A stretch of 64,000 bases of DNA from Rhina ancylostomus (taxonomy: Eukaryota): assembly GCA_030265395.1 (NCBI GenBank), contig JARFYF010000112.1, forward strand, positions 27,493,872 to 27,557,871. Reading direction: 5' to 3'. The position numbers and the translations under genes were made by a program. Every line of letters begins with the position of its first letter. Position 1 is the stretch's first letter. Of the stretch, positions 27,508-39,510 are shown piece after piece. The notes under the pieces were generated by a model. The model searched no databases and was not told the origin of the DNA. It was given only the letters and a program-made list of their open reading frames with translations.

Positions 27508-27700
27508 GTTTATGGACGATTCAGACAGCTAAGTAGATTTTCCCCAGTTTATTTTAATCCAAGATAAAGGTGAACGCAAATTCTGGAATCGCCATACAGA
27601 AAACAAAATACAAAAACGTCTTTCAACTCTAGCCAGTCTTCCAAACTCTCTTTTTTGCAATGAAGCACACATTGTTTCACCATCGCCTGCCTCCTGTCAA
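27508..27700 (-). other. TNRC18: Probable non-coding exon 1 (5' end approximate)
   Basis: Donor AAC|GTGAGTA (GT at 27507-27506) about 200 nt downstream of a CCAAT-rich promoter; would give a 1748-nt intron 1 (25760-27507). TSS not determinable from sequence. Confidence 0.6.
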
Positions 27701-27820
27701 TCACCCCGTGTCAATAACTCTCCGATTGGCTAAAGGATCTGCCAATCAATCAATATAAACACGCCTCTGATTGGCCCGGGGCCAACTCACCCTCGCGACG
27801 TCCCTGAAAAACCAATTAGA
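27690..27820. promoter_or_regulatory. Core/proximal promoter with CCAAT boxes and TALE (PBX-PREP/MEIS) motifs
   Basis: CTGTCAATCA (=TGATTGACAG) at 27694-27703; ATTGG at 27725 and 27770; CCAAT at 27742 and 27812; TGATTGAT on the minus strand at about 27745-27752; CpG-rich; directly upstream of the exon 1 donor. Confidence 0.7.
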
Positions 27821-28239
27821 GAGCACAGGAGGTTTCAAGGCGATCCTTTGTACGGCATTGAACGATCACAATGGTACTCAGTATAGTACGGTTTCGAGGT
27901 TGCCCATTCTCCCGTGAATGATCAAAATAGTAATAAGAATCCGGCGAGGAGTTTCAAGTTCCCCATCTACTCAGCCTCGCCGTGTTGTCTCATGTTTTTT
28001 TTCAGGCGGTTTCAAGTTCCTCAAGTTCCCTAACACAAGGAAAGGGACTAAAATAGTAATGAGCTCCCCGAGCGCCAGGGGAACAACCGTCTGAATGTTT
28101 GGAAGAGCTCATCTGAATATCTCCCAGGCACAATCGCGCCTCGAATGAAAGAAAAGCAACTTCTGAAGGACTCATCAGCGTTGTGTTTGTCTCAAATTGG
28201 CGACAGGATCGAGATCGAAAGCGAGAGAGGGAGAGACGC

Positions 28240-28350
28240 CCAGAGAGGGGGAGGGGAGGGACAATTAATGCGGATTGACTGATGGCAGCAGCAGAATGCA
28301 GAAGATTGTGAATGATCAATGGAGCAGTAATGACTGACAGCTTCCTTCCA
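28240..28350. promoter_or_regulatory. Upstream regulatory element with homeodomain/TALE motifs
   Basis: G-rich tract, CAATTAATG, TGACTGATGG (28276-28285) and TGACTGACAG (28331-28340) within 110 nt. Confidence 0.45.
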
Positions 28351-31300
28351 ACTTATTTTCCCCCTTTCTTTCTGTTCTTAATGGAAAAACGCTGCTATAT
28401 TTTAAAATGTAGAAAATCAATGTATTGCATCCCATCATGTTGTAATTAAATGCAACGCCTACTCCGTGGATTCTTTGTGTACCAAGGAATCTTAAGACAA
28501 TTGGTTATATTAAGCACGGCGTGTATTTTTTTTCTTTTTCCTGGTTTTGTTCAGTGTGTGACTCATTGTTTAGTACACTGGGATGCAACAGAAGCTGTAA
28601 TGTGATTAGGTATGTATAACAATAAATCATCCGGTTAATAATGAGCTGTAGATGTGCATGTGTCTTTGTGTGTTAGTGGTGTTCGTGATTGGATCGACAA
28701 ACGGGATTGTAATTTATTTTTAAACTTCTCATTTCTGTTCAATAATCGAGATACGGCTATCTGATGTTTTAATTGATCTCCTAAATGCGTCATGTGTGTG
28801 TAGTTGACAAGTTGAACCGTGGCTGTGTGATTTCATGTTTTAATACATATAAAATAATAATACTCTCGGGTCAGATGGGAGCCATATTTGAGGAATGGAT
28901 AATGAAGGGCAAACAGCAGCCTGCAAGGTTACCCGGCTATATTTATTGTGCTATATGTTTTCTATACAGCGATTTGGTTGAGAGTTCGACCTTGAGTTGA
29001 AGGCTTTTTTTTAATACTTGCTAAACGAAGGCACAGTAAATAGCGCGGCTTACGTGACAAACGTTCGGTGGCGAGTTACAGTTTGCTGGCAAATGTATTC
29101 TCCGCTTCCCTGGCAGACATTAATAACACGTGGCAGGGCGCTGGAGTTAGAAAGATATGTGGCGATTGCAAAAAAGGGGGGAAAGAGCCCCTTTAATCCA
29201 GTTTACACAGTGTATTCTATTTCTCTCCGTGCAATACCCTACCAATAACTTTCACGTTTATATATAGATCTTTTTAACAGAAAATTACGGCCCTACAGGC
29301 AAATTCAAAGTCGTTGCTTGGCAAAGATTACAGATAGCACAAAATTAATAGGGGGTGGAAAGTGCTGGAATCCAGGGTGGCCGCCAGTCGAAATTCATTG
29401 ACTTTGTTCCCCCCCTCCCACCCCACAACCCGAGCACCGAAGAAAAAGCTGCTTGGAGGATTAACGCCATTGAATCAATATTTGGGAAAGCAGCTCAGGC
29501 GGCGAGAGCAATGGCCCCAACTCTCCAGTTTTTACAGCGCCTTGAGGGTTTTTACAAAGGGGGAATGCGGATACTTCGCCAAATGAGTTAATGCGACTTT
29601 CTCTGCACGCAACTCACCACCCCCTTTCCGTCCAACCATTCCCAAACGCACAGTGAATCGCTCTAAAACTGAAATGGGGGACCAGAAAGGGGGAGCAAAG
29701 AGGAACTTAGATTTCAGCCACTCGGTTTCTTCCCCAAATGTCTCAAACGGACATTTGTGATCATGCTGAAATGGGACGTCCTGCTTCTAACGTGGAATGT
29801 TTATAACTTTCGATGTTTGATGTATAGGGGGAAGTTCTTTGTGAATTGGCTGTAAACTGTGTATTTTGCCCTGCGTCTTGTTCTTTGGAATCATAACTGC
29901 TGGTTGGAGTGGCCCTCACAGCGTTGTGTGAAGAGGTCGCTCTCTGAAAAAAATGTGCATTAAGATCCAGAAGAAGGGCGCAGGGTCATTTTTACGATAA
30001 GTTTTTATTTCATCCAATCCATGTTCTGCCATGGTTAAAAAGTAATGTAGTTACTGACAGCCCACGAGTTAGTTGATGAATTTTTGAACGCCAACGAAAG
30101 ATTACATGTTAGAAAAGGGGCGCCACGGCTTAAAAAAGATTAAATGGTTGAAATAGAAAACATTGGCAATTTTGGCAAACCTTTATCAAATCCGAGGGTG
30201 ATTTAAAAATAAATACAGTCCGCGGCATTTTCCTTTTTAAGAAGTAAAGGAGTGATTCTCATACTTGAGCAAAACGAGTGTCCTTGGCGCCAGCAAGTCA
30301 AAGCACACATAAATAAAAAATAATATGTACCTACAATTTTCGATTGAGCTGATATAGCCGTGTCACTTCCAAAAGCCCTGTGTAAACAGTGGTAATGATT
30401 ACCAAGATATTGCCCACAAGGACTGAACCTCAGTCCAATATATTGTATTCATAGAATAGTTGCTTGATTTGATTCGAGTAGTTGATGCTTGCTATAAAAC
30501 ATCATGGAAGGGAAGGATGTTGATTTAGAGAAGGTAATCTTGATACCGCAGCGTATGTTGTTCTAAAAGGTTGGAAGCACGAAAATGGATGTAATAAAAC
30601 TTTCAAAGTTGAAAGGCTATTTTAAAGACCGTCACCTGCTTGGTCTGCTGCTTTCTGTCCCTGTATGTCAATCAACATAGTTTTTGATAATCTCTCCATC
30701 TATAGTATACTTTGGTTTCTCGGCCGATCGTATAGAATAAAACTTGTGAGGCCTTCTGATAGCAATTCTAGAGAAAGGCTTATAATTAGGATCCACATCG
30801 GACTCTGAAATGTCCTACACAACAGAGTCGGATTCCAAAACCATGTTCCCACCACATACATTTCAGCTTTTAAAGCGCGACTGCCATTTTTTTTCTGACA
30901 AACATTGTTTGGTTATTAATGAACCCGTTCAGCTTTTGATTTGAGAAGCTGAAAACTGAATTCACGAAAGTAAAAATCTTCCCGAACTTTGCAGCCAGAT
31001 TAAATCCGGCTGTCTCTTTGTACGAATGGAGGTTGGGGTGTATGTATTCAGTAACCTCGGGCTGCAATCGATAATGTCCACTTTGCACCGTTTATATTTG
31101 CCAGGATAAACGTAAAATTTTCTCCCTATGTGCGAGTGTGTGCACGCTCATTGATTTAAATCAGTTAATTTCCCCGGATATTTGCATTGCAAACAGTTCT
31201 TCACAAAGCTCGAGATCAGAGGTGCAGTGGCGGCAATAAATCTCACCGGACTGACCACAGTAAATTATGTCAGGGCGTTGCTCTTTTTTTCAACCCATTT

Positions 31301-34300
31301 ATTTGTCACCGTCCAGATCCTGTACAATCGATCTGAATTAAAACACTGACCGCGTGCTTACATCCTTCAGATTATTTGGGGAAAAGACGCGATTAGACGA
31401 AAGCGAATTAAAAGCAGAATGTGAGCATTCGGTTGCTAAAATAAATCTAACGCTGCGCAACGATAATGTTGTACAATAATTAACAAGGTGCCCGCTCCAT
31501 AATACGCGCCGGTGTCAATTCAGAGCCGACTGCAAAATATACCATTTCTGTTTCACACTCTTGGAAAACTTAATGTCCTGAGACTAAGTCATGAGTTACA
31601 ACATGACCACATTGTAAAACACAGCACCCGTACCACTGTAACGTTACTGTAATGTTACATTGCGATATCAGAAATGGCCTATCTACAGCTCCCAGAGCAA
31701 CCGGAGAGAACTGGTTGAAGCTATCTGCAGATAAGGATGCTATTGTGGTTGTCCTTTCACATTCAACTGAAGGGGGAGGGGTTGACAAAACGAGGCGTGT
31801 TTTAAACCTTACTTCTTTTAAGTCAATAAAACGAAGCGACGCGTTGAGATAATGAAATGATTCAGCGGTCAACAAATCAGCTTTTGACACAATTCTTTCT
31901 GTATCTTGTTTCGACGTTTCTGTGACTTCGGTTACAGCTGAAGTAGGGTGGAACGGTGGGGACAGCTGCGGCTTTAGCGAACTCACCTGAACTTCAGTAA
32001 AACGGGAAAAGGATGCTTCTATTTATGTGTTTTTATGAACAACAACTATGCCGGCATCATCTTAGGATGACAAGGACATTGGCGCACACATCTTCAAACA
32101 TTTCATTGCGTGTTTTAAGCTCTTTAATAAACACGTGCGACAGCTGACTCCCCTTCTGGTGAAAGCGCATTATATTTGTTTTACTAGTCAACGTCAACGG
32201 TCAAATAATTGGAAAACAATAACTGCGCATCAGTGACCACAGTAAGAAAAAAGCCCCGAAATACTTAAGGCAAACTTGACTGGGTTATAGTTTGTGTTCT
32301 CTCAAGTGAGGCCTGGATGTTGACCATATCTGTAATATCCCTCGCTTAAAGTGATGTTCGCAATGCAATTACTAAATAAAGAACATCACAGTTAAACAAA
32401 CCATTTGTTTCAGGAGGTTTGTTGCCGGGTATAGTGTGTTCACTTTCGTTCCGAGTATTATGGGCTACAATAAGTGGAACTTAAGCTTTTCTTCTATAAA
32501 ATAATCTGCAACGAGGAAATACACTTTACTGGATTGTCATGTAATGCACCACGAATGCCCTTTAACCCTTAAACAATTGGATTTTAGAACTGCCAACAAT
32601 NNNNNNNNNNATGTAAGTAGGAAATGTCACGTTAAGAAACATTTTCTAGCACAATTACATACAGATTTATATAAAAAAAATTTAAAAGCATCTCAAAGTC
32701 CAATATACGTGGCGACGTGTCGAGGGAAATTCTATCTAAAGGAGCCCCAGTGGGGAGAAAAGAACATTTTGCGTTAGAACAGCATGATTCTTCAAGCAAA
32801 CACACTGAAAATCGAAAGAACTTGGATCAATATGTCTCCGCCTTGGAACGGCAGAATAGAAGAACGTGAAGTCACAGTCATTAGATATGAGGTCTCGACA
32901 GCTAACTTATCTACATGAATCACCTTTATGTTCTTTGGTCTGCCAGTGGAGCCAAATAAGCAGCAAGATAAACAAAGTGCACACTGTTTGCTGTTACTAT
33001 TTCAGCTGAAAGCGAGTGCTGCGAGTTTCGCATTAGACCAGGACTGTGATTAGCGATTCCTTGAGTGGAAGTATGCCTCACCGGCGAGTACGTGTGGACT
33101 GCTTTCACTGCTGTTGTTTTGGCATCGAACATAAACACGCAATTATTTTCATTAACTTCGCCGTAAATCTGGAATTCCAAAATCTCTTCTGTGCAAACAG
33201 AAATGGTTGTGTGTGTTTGTGTGTGCATGCGTGCGCGTTTAGGGTGGGGGAAGGGGTGGAGCGGTAGAAATAGGAGGCTGAAGATTAGGGCGGATTTGAG
33301 AGCAGGCTTTGGAGAACAAAAAACGTTCCTTTCTGCCACAAGATTAAACTTGGCTGTCCAGAAAATGAACTGATAAATATACAACCACGATTCAATGCAA
33401 TCATACACCTTGATATTCTCGTGTTAGTGTTATCCATTGCGTTAAAGTTAGCGAGCCAGCCAAATCAATCTCCAAGGATAACTGGCAGATATCCTTCCTA
33501 GCTGTTCCAGAAAACGGGATTTCCAAGACCATTGCCCCATTATCTTTTTCCCATCACTGGGGCTTATATAAAGTTTCTAAAACACCTCAGCCCAAATTCT
33601 ACCTATGATTTTCCATGTTGTAAAGCATCTTCTCCAAAATCATTAGACAGATTGCAAGTTAACTAGACTGTGCGTAGGATTTTAACTACAGACGTTGCAA
33701 ATATATCGCTGGTTAGTTAAACCTTTTACTAGTGCAATGAGCTATTGATTTCTACACACAACACTCTCTCCCCTCTTTTATTACACTTCTTTATAAGGTC
33801 TTGCGGAACATCATGCAAATAAAACACAAGGAAATGAAAACACTTTCTTAATACGTTCTACCATAAATTTATGTAAAGGTCTTTACTGACGTCCTGTTTG
33901 TTCAGAGGGGCAATTTGCTTGGTCTCTGAGTTGCTCGTCAATTCACTTTGATAAAAACTACACTAAAATGTCCAAATGCAACTGCACAGCCAAAGACGAG
34001 GCACCGAGTGAATGACGGACGGTGCACATTGATCACACTGGTAAATTCCAGGTCCACAGGCGGATATTATCTTTAGAGCTGGTGCAGCATGTTACAAAAA
34101 CCTCAATTCACTCGGATCTGGTCATTTGCTGCCATTTCAGATGTCAATAGCCCTGGCCAATCGTTAACGGAACTCAACCCCAAACGCTCGCTTCTTTATT
34201 AATGTGGTAACGTCAGTGATCCCATTCTATCAATTTGCTGACGACCACATTAAACCAAACCGAACAGTCACTAAAAATTCCTGGTGTTCTAAATTGCCGA

Positions 34301-37300
34301 TGTCAGATGGTTGTGAAGGTAGCAGTGTTGCTTCTTTTTCTACAGCACAGTCGCTTTTACTTGTGCACATACACTGTAGTTTCTTTAGGGTCTCCGTCTG
34401 CTTTCTGTGTTAGGATAAGGATGAAGCAGCTGTCGGATACACAGAATACCCTTTAATCCCGGGATCATAAATCAGAGCATCCAACTCGAGAACCGGGAAA
34501 GAGAGTTTCACAAACAATTTTAAAAAATGATTCAAGGGTGGTGCTTGGTGGCTGCGGAGAAGGGGAAGGAGACTGAGGTTAGAGAATCTAATCTTGATAA
34601 ACGTCCGAGGTATTCAATAAATCTGATCAGTGTGTGGCGGGGACCTGACTGAGGGCGAGTTTTACCTCAGATGCTTCCTCCCTTCATTGGAAATGCGAGC
34701 CAACATCTGAAATCGGAAAACAAACAAGCTGTCCTAGAGCTACTGGCTTCCTATAAAAGAACTTCTTGTGAGTTTACAGAGAATGGTGGATAGCGGGGCT
34801 TTTTTCAGTGCTTGCCTCTGGTACAAATCCTGACGTGGAGTTAGAGGGCTTGATAGAACGTGCAGGCGAAAACCTTAATATCAAGCATTTTATATTCACA
34901 GTACAGGGTTTCTTCTATGTCTCCTTTTGGATTCAGAGGTTCTATTTGTGTGTTTGTTTCTTTATAACCCACTAACCTGACATACCGGGAACCAACAAAC
35001 GGTACATTGTCTCCTACGTATTTAAATACCCGCGATCATTTCATACAGAGTAGCATTCTTGCATCTTTTTAAGGTCATTTACATGTGAGCGCTGCAGCTG
35101 TGGTGCATTTTAGTCAGAGCCACCAGTTGATTCGGAAGCCTGAGAAACTGACGCGAAATTGAGAGTAGACTGTTATGAATAACGAGCTTTACGTGTCTGA
35201 TTTTTCTGCATAATCACAATATTTACAAGTAATCCCTGCGCATCCGGATTCTTTGCTCAAATATCAATAGTAACTAATAGACTTGAAAATACATAGACAA
35301 GTGAATGATCTGATAGAATATATTTCCCATGACATGGGAGGAAAATACATCTAAGAGAACAGGATACCACATTAAATAACATACACATCGGGAACGGCAA
35401 ATACAGTCTTCTAACAAAATATTAAGCACTAGACGATGGTTTATACCTTCTAAAGTAAAAGGCTCTTAAAATAGTATTTTAACCTAAAGTTATGCTATGT
35501 ATACATTGATAAATAATACAAGGATTTTGAAAAGGTCCATCTTGATAAAGTTGTAACGTAACAAAAAAATCCAAACGCGAATTCTTGTGTATTTGTTATT
35601 TTCTCCACGCTGTCTCTGTCTGCGTCGTTTGATTTATTACAGGGGATAAAAGGAACTTTGCATGCTGGTACAAAACTGTGCCTCATCTGTTTCCTAATGA
35701 GTGTCCGATATCAGCTGCTCCTTGCGAATGAATCATGTGGAAGAAGGAAAAACCGAATGTGGAGGGAATGAGAGGGAAGGACAGAGAGATAACAAGATAG
35801 GAGACGATAATCAACCAGCTCTGGGGAATAAATAGTGTGGGAGAATTAAAATGGGAACAAGGAGAGAAAGAAAGACTAATTGAATGGCACAGGGGAAGAG
35901 AAGCAAAAGAGTGGATAAAGAGGGAAGGGGCGATGTAACAAGACACGGGAGCAGTCCAAGTTATATCACTCAACACATGGAAAGCGACTGAAGCAAGAAA
36001 GGCGAGTTTATCTGCACTTTCCATCTTTGTTCGCTTTTCCTGTGAGATTCGTTTTAACGCTTTGCCGACTTTTGTTGTCTCAAGCCATTCCTTCGCGCTG
36101 TTTCTCCTGGTTTTATGAACCTGCTGAACATTGCAAAATTTCCAAGAGGACACATGCAGCAGCAAAATTGCCGATTATCTTTTAAAAAAATGATCACGAG
36201 TAAAGTATAGCAGAGTCTATATGGAATGGTTCTACCGAACGAGCAAAAAGGACATCTCTGTCTAGTGTGACTACCCCTCCCCCATTGCTGCCTGAAATCC
36301 GCATAAGCGCATTCTGACATTTAGTATGCCATTCTTTTCTGTGTACTGTATCTAGACCGGAGTATGTGATTCCTAATGTATGGATTACCACACAATCTAC
36401 AGAGCAAATATAGCCAGCATTTACGACACAAAGACATTTTCTCAGTAAAACTTTGCTATACTATCCTTATTACTTGCTCTCTTCGGCACCAGTACATCAG
36501 TCCGGTTACCTGGTGAGGCATTTAATTGTACTTAATATCTACACGTATACTGAAGGCCAATACGGTGGTGACCCGAGGTGATCCTCGGTCTTTTTATGTC
36601 ACGAAAATCGATCTATATTTAAATTAATCCCATAAAAGGAAAATTATAGATGTGAAGAATTCAGGCACCCATACTAGAATGTGGAACGCTTATAAATATT
36701 TTTTCCCATTTGATTAATTAACAGATTTTTTCTATTTTTAATTAACTAATTTCTACCCCCCCCCCCCCCACACACACCAACTCCATATCGTCAAAGGTTT
36801 CAGGAGAAGAAGGCAAACAGGTTCAGTAAATGTAGACTCATGCCTTGTGTGACAGAACACGTGTGATCACTATTTGGAGCGCCTTTCAGCTGAAAGAATA
36901 TTCCCTAGAAGAGGAAAAACGCATTTAATAGCAAATGGGTATTCATTTTGTTGGACTGGATTTATATTACCCTGTGCAAATATCACAGAGGAAAATAAAA
37001 TCACAGTTGTGCGTCTGGTCATTGTTAGGTGCTTAGACTGTTCTAAACGTTGTATTTTTTAATGACTTGAGCTCCAGGAAATCTGAAGCTATATTTGCAT
37101 TTCAGACTAACACCCTCTAAATTTACGTTTCTTTCCCCCCAAAAAGTCAATAACTAATTTATTTAAATAGCAGAGAGCCAAGAGAAAGGAGAGAGAATGG
37201 GGCCGAAAGGGAAAAGAAACAATTTCCATTTAGGTGGCTTGCTGCAATTAGTCTCCATTCTCATTTTACCAGTGGCATAAAGTCTTTAGACCAACCCAGT

Positions 37301-38765
37301 AATATAGGTGTGGAACTGACAGTTCTAAAGTAAGTAACAGAAATTGATGCTGATAATGTTTATGTGAAACATCTAATCTGATTTTAACCCAAAGGTTCTG
37401 ACGTAAATCGGTTTATTATTTATGTGCAATACTTTCAGCTGAATAACATAGAACGGATAAATGATCAGAATTCATTAGGGATTAATTACGCTCTGAACCA
37501 TGGGTGACATCAGATTCCAGAGTGATACATTTAAAGGTATTGTCGTTCTGAGTGCATATGAATTTTGCTTCGGAATATCAACACTGGCGTGTCAACATAA
37601 AGCTCTTTCTATCTTACAAGATGAAGTGAAATTATGGTAATAAACGAGATGATATTATCGATGCTAAAAGATTCCCTGTAAATAGTTGAGATGTCTGGTC
37701 TTATTAGGACAATCTGTGATGTAATAGGATTTAAAGGTCTTTGCTGACCGGGAATGAGTGCTGAGCGGGATTCTGCCATAATTTCTGAAAGTGCTAAGAC
37801 TGGCGATACAAGAATATTATTAGTGACTATACGATAACAACGTGCCAATACAGATTATATAACAATAAAGCGTTAACATAATTACATAGCAACAAGATAC
37901 CAATCTTAACTACATGGTATGGAAGTGGACAAGACACCCATCGTTGTTATGCAAAAAAACTGACACTATTTTTCTGGTTGAAAAAAAAGTAACGATACAC
38001 AAAAGGTATAAAATATTAATTTACAATGTTTATCCAAAGTACTTTAATAACGCCAATTGCTGGCAAGAAGACGTACATTTTGAATAATTTAGGAATGTGA
38101 AGTCCTAGTACAGATAGAAAATTGATTCATGGAGTGTCCTGGGACTTGGTAAAGATCTAGATCGTCTACCGTCACTTCACCTCGGCGTTAAGAACATTTC
38201 TTTCAGACTGTGCCAGAGCGCAAGTCAGACGTAGTGACCCATAATACAGAAGTACAGAGGCGAAGGACAGCAGTCGTAGGTTCTCCATTTGACATCATTG
38301 GAGAATATTTGACAAGAGTTGAAGGGGAAGAAGAATATTGAAGATCAAAAAAAAATACTGGCAAGTGTACACCGTGTGATTCTGTAACAAGAGTACAAGG
38401 CAAATCGTGTAATACAAATTTGTGTAAGTTTCACAAATCTCTCTCTCTCTCTCATTTTTCTAGATTAAAAATACTGTGTGTTAAAATTCTTGGATTCTAA
38501 TTCTTTTATGCGGATAAAGCACGAATTTCGAACTTTGGATCCGATTTTTTTTCAACAATAAGGCCTGACAACCTTTCGTCACGATCACGCCAACTTGTCA
38601 ATTTCCTTCCTAAACTTTATTTTTTCCAGCGTTCTATTTACCGACCGTTTTCCATCAGATCGACTGAATTTAAATACAAGAATTTGGCCTGACATTGACA
38701 GTCCACAATTGGAAATGAGCCTATATGTTACCGACCCCTCCCTCTCCCCCCTCCCCCGCCCTTTA

Positions 38766-38802
<37 letters not shown>
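38766..38802 (+). repeat. GCGCG(CA)16 alternating purine-pyrimidine tract
   Basis: Direct reading; adjacent to a GC box (ctcccccgccc, 38751-38761). Confidence 0.95.
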
Positions 38803-38804
<2 letters not shown>

Positions 38805-39116
38805 TGGGCCGCTAATACTAGCATTGTGAATGAATACCTGCACCGTGCCAATTGTCCGCCGTTTGGAAGTTTAAAACTCGTCTGTGAATCTTTGTCATTC
38901 CCTTTTCAAAGATTGAAAATGAATTTAAATATAAATAGCTCCATTAACAAGCAGTCTGGGAAGTCCACAAAGAAAATAATTCGGGCTGGGTCAAACGGTG
39001 CCGGATGCCAACAGTCCCATCTTTATTTCCGGAGGGGGGGGGACAGACCAGAGGAGGGCAGGGGTCACAAGAGTCGTTAGTTTAGTTAATGTGTACCGAG
39101 TCAATCGTTTGATTAA

Positions 39117-39288
39117 AGAAACAAAGGACTGCAGATGCTGGAATCGGAATGAAAAACACGATGATGCTGGAGGAACTTAGCAGGCCAGGCAGCGTCCGTG
39201 AAGAAAATCAGGCGGTCCGAAACGTTGACCTGCTTTTCTCCGCAGATACTGCTTGGTCTGCTGAGTTCCTCCAACATCACCGTATTTT
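39117..39288 (-). mobile_element. Penelope-type hairpin insertion with 16-bp target-site duplication
   Basis: TSD tcaatcgtttgattaa at 39101-39116 and 39289-39304; inverted arms gatgctggaggaacttagcaggccaggcag / ctgcttggtctgctgagttcctccaacatc; hammerhead 3' half ccgaaacgttgac in the loop. Confidence 0.85.
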
Positions 39289-39404
39289 TCAATCGTTTGA
39301 TTAACATGTTTACCGAGTCGGCAGCTTACAATTCAATCACTGTATGTAAAAATAAAATCACCCGTAATTCTGCCTACGTAATTCAGCCAGTTAACATTGT
39401 ACCG

Positions 39405-39510
39405 AAAATAGAGAGCAGATGCTAGAAACCTGAAATTAGAAAAAAAACAGGAAACGCTGGAAACAGTCAGCATTTGTGGGAAAAGAAAGAGGTAAGATTT
39501 CAGGTCGAAG
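39405..39510 (-). mobile_element. Penelope-type element fragment (older subfamily)
   Basis: gcagatgctagaaacctgaaatt...gctggaaaca...gcatttgtgg...tttcaggtcga. Confidence 0.55.

Noticed and set aside
35568-35586. tccaaacgcgaattct resembling part of miR-219
   Set aside because: Seed region absent and no precursor hairpin
35683-36165. 160-aa hydrophobic minus-strand ORF
   Set aside because: Hydrophobicity comes from a pyrimidine-rich low-complexity strand; non-ATG start and no recognisable domain
38595-39080. 161-aa ORF with a (TH)n repeat, and similar ORFs with poly-H, poly-P or (CV)n tracts
   Set aside because: Translations of microsatellites and C-rich tracts
39117-39288. Hairpin elements as pre-miRNA genes or CRISPR-like repeats
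   Set aside because: Dispersed multi-copy family with TSDs in a vertebrate genome; no repeat-spacer array
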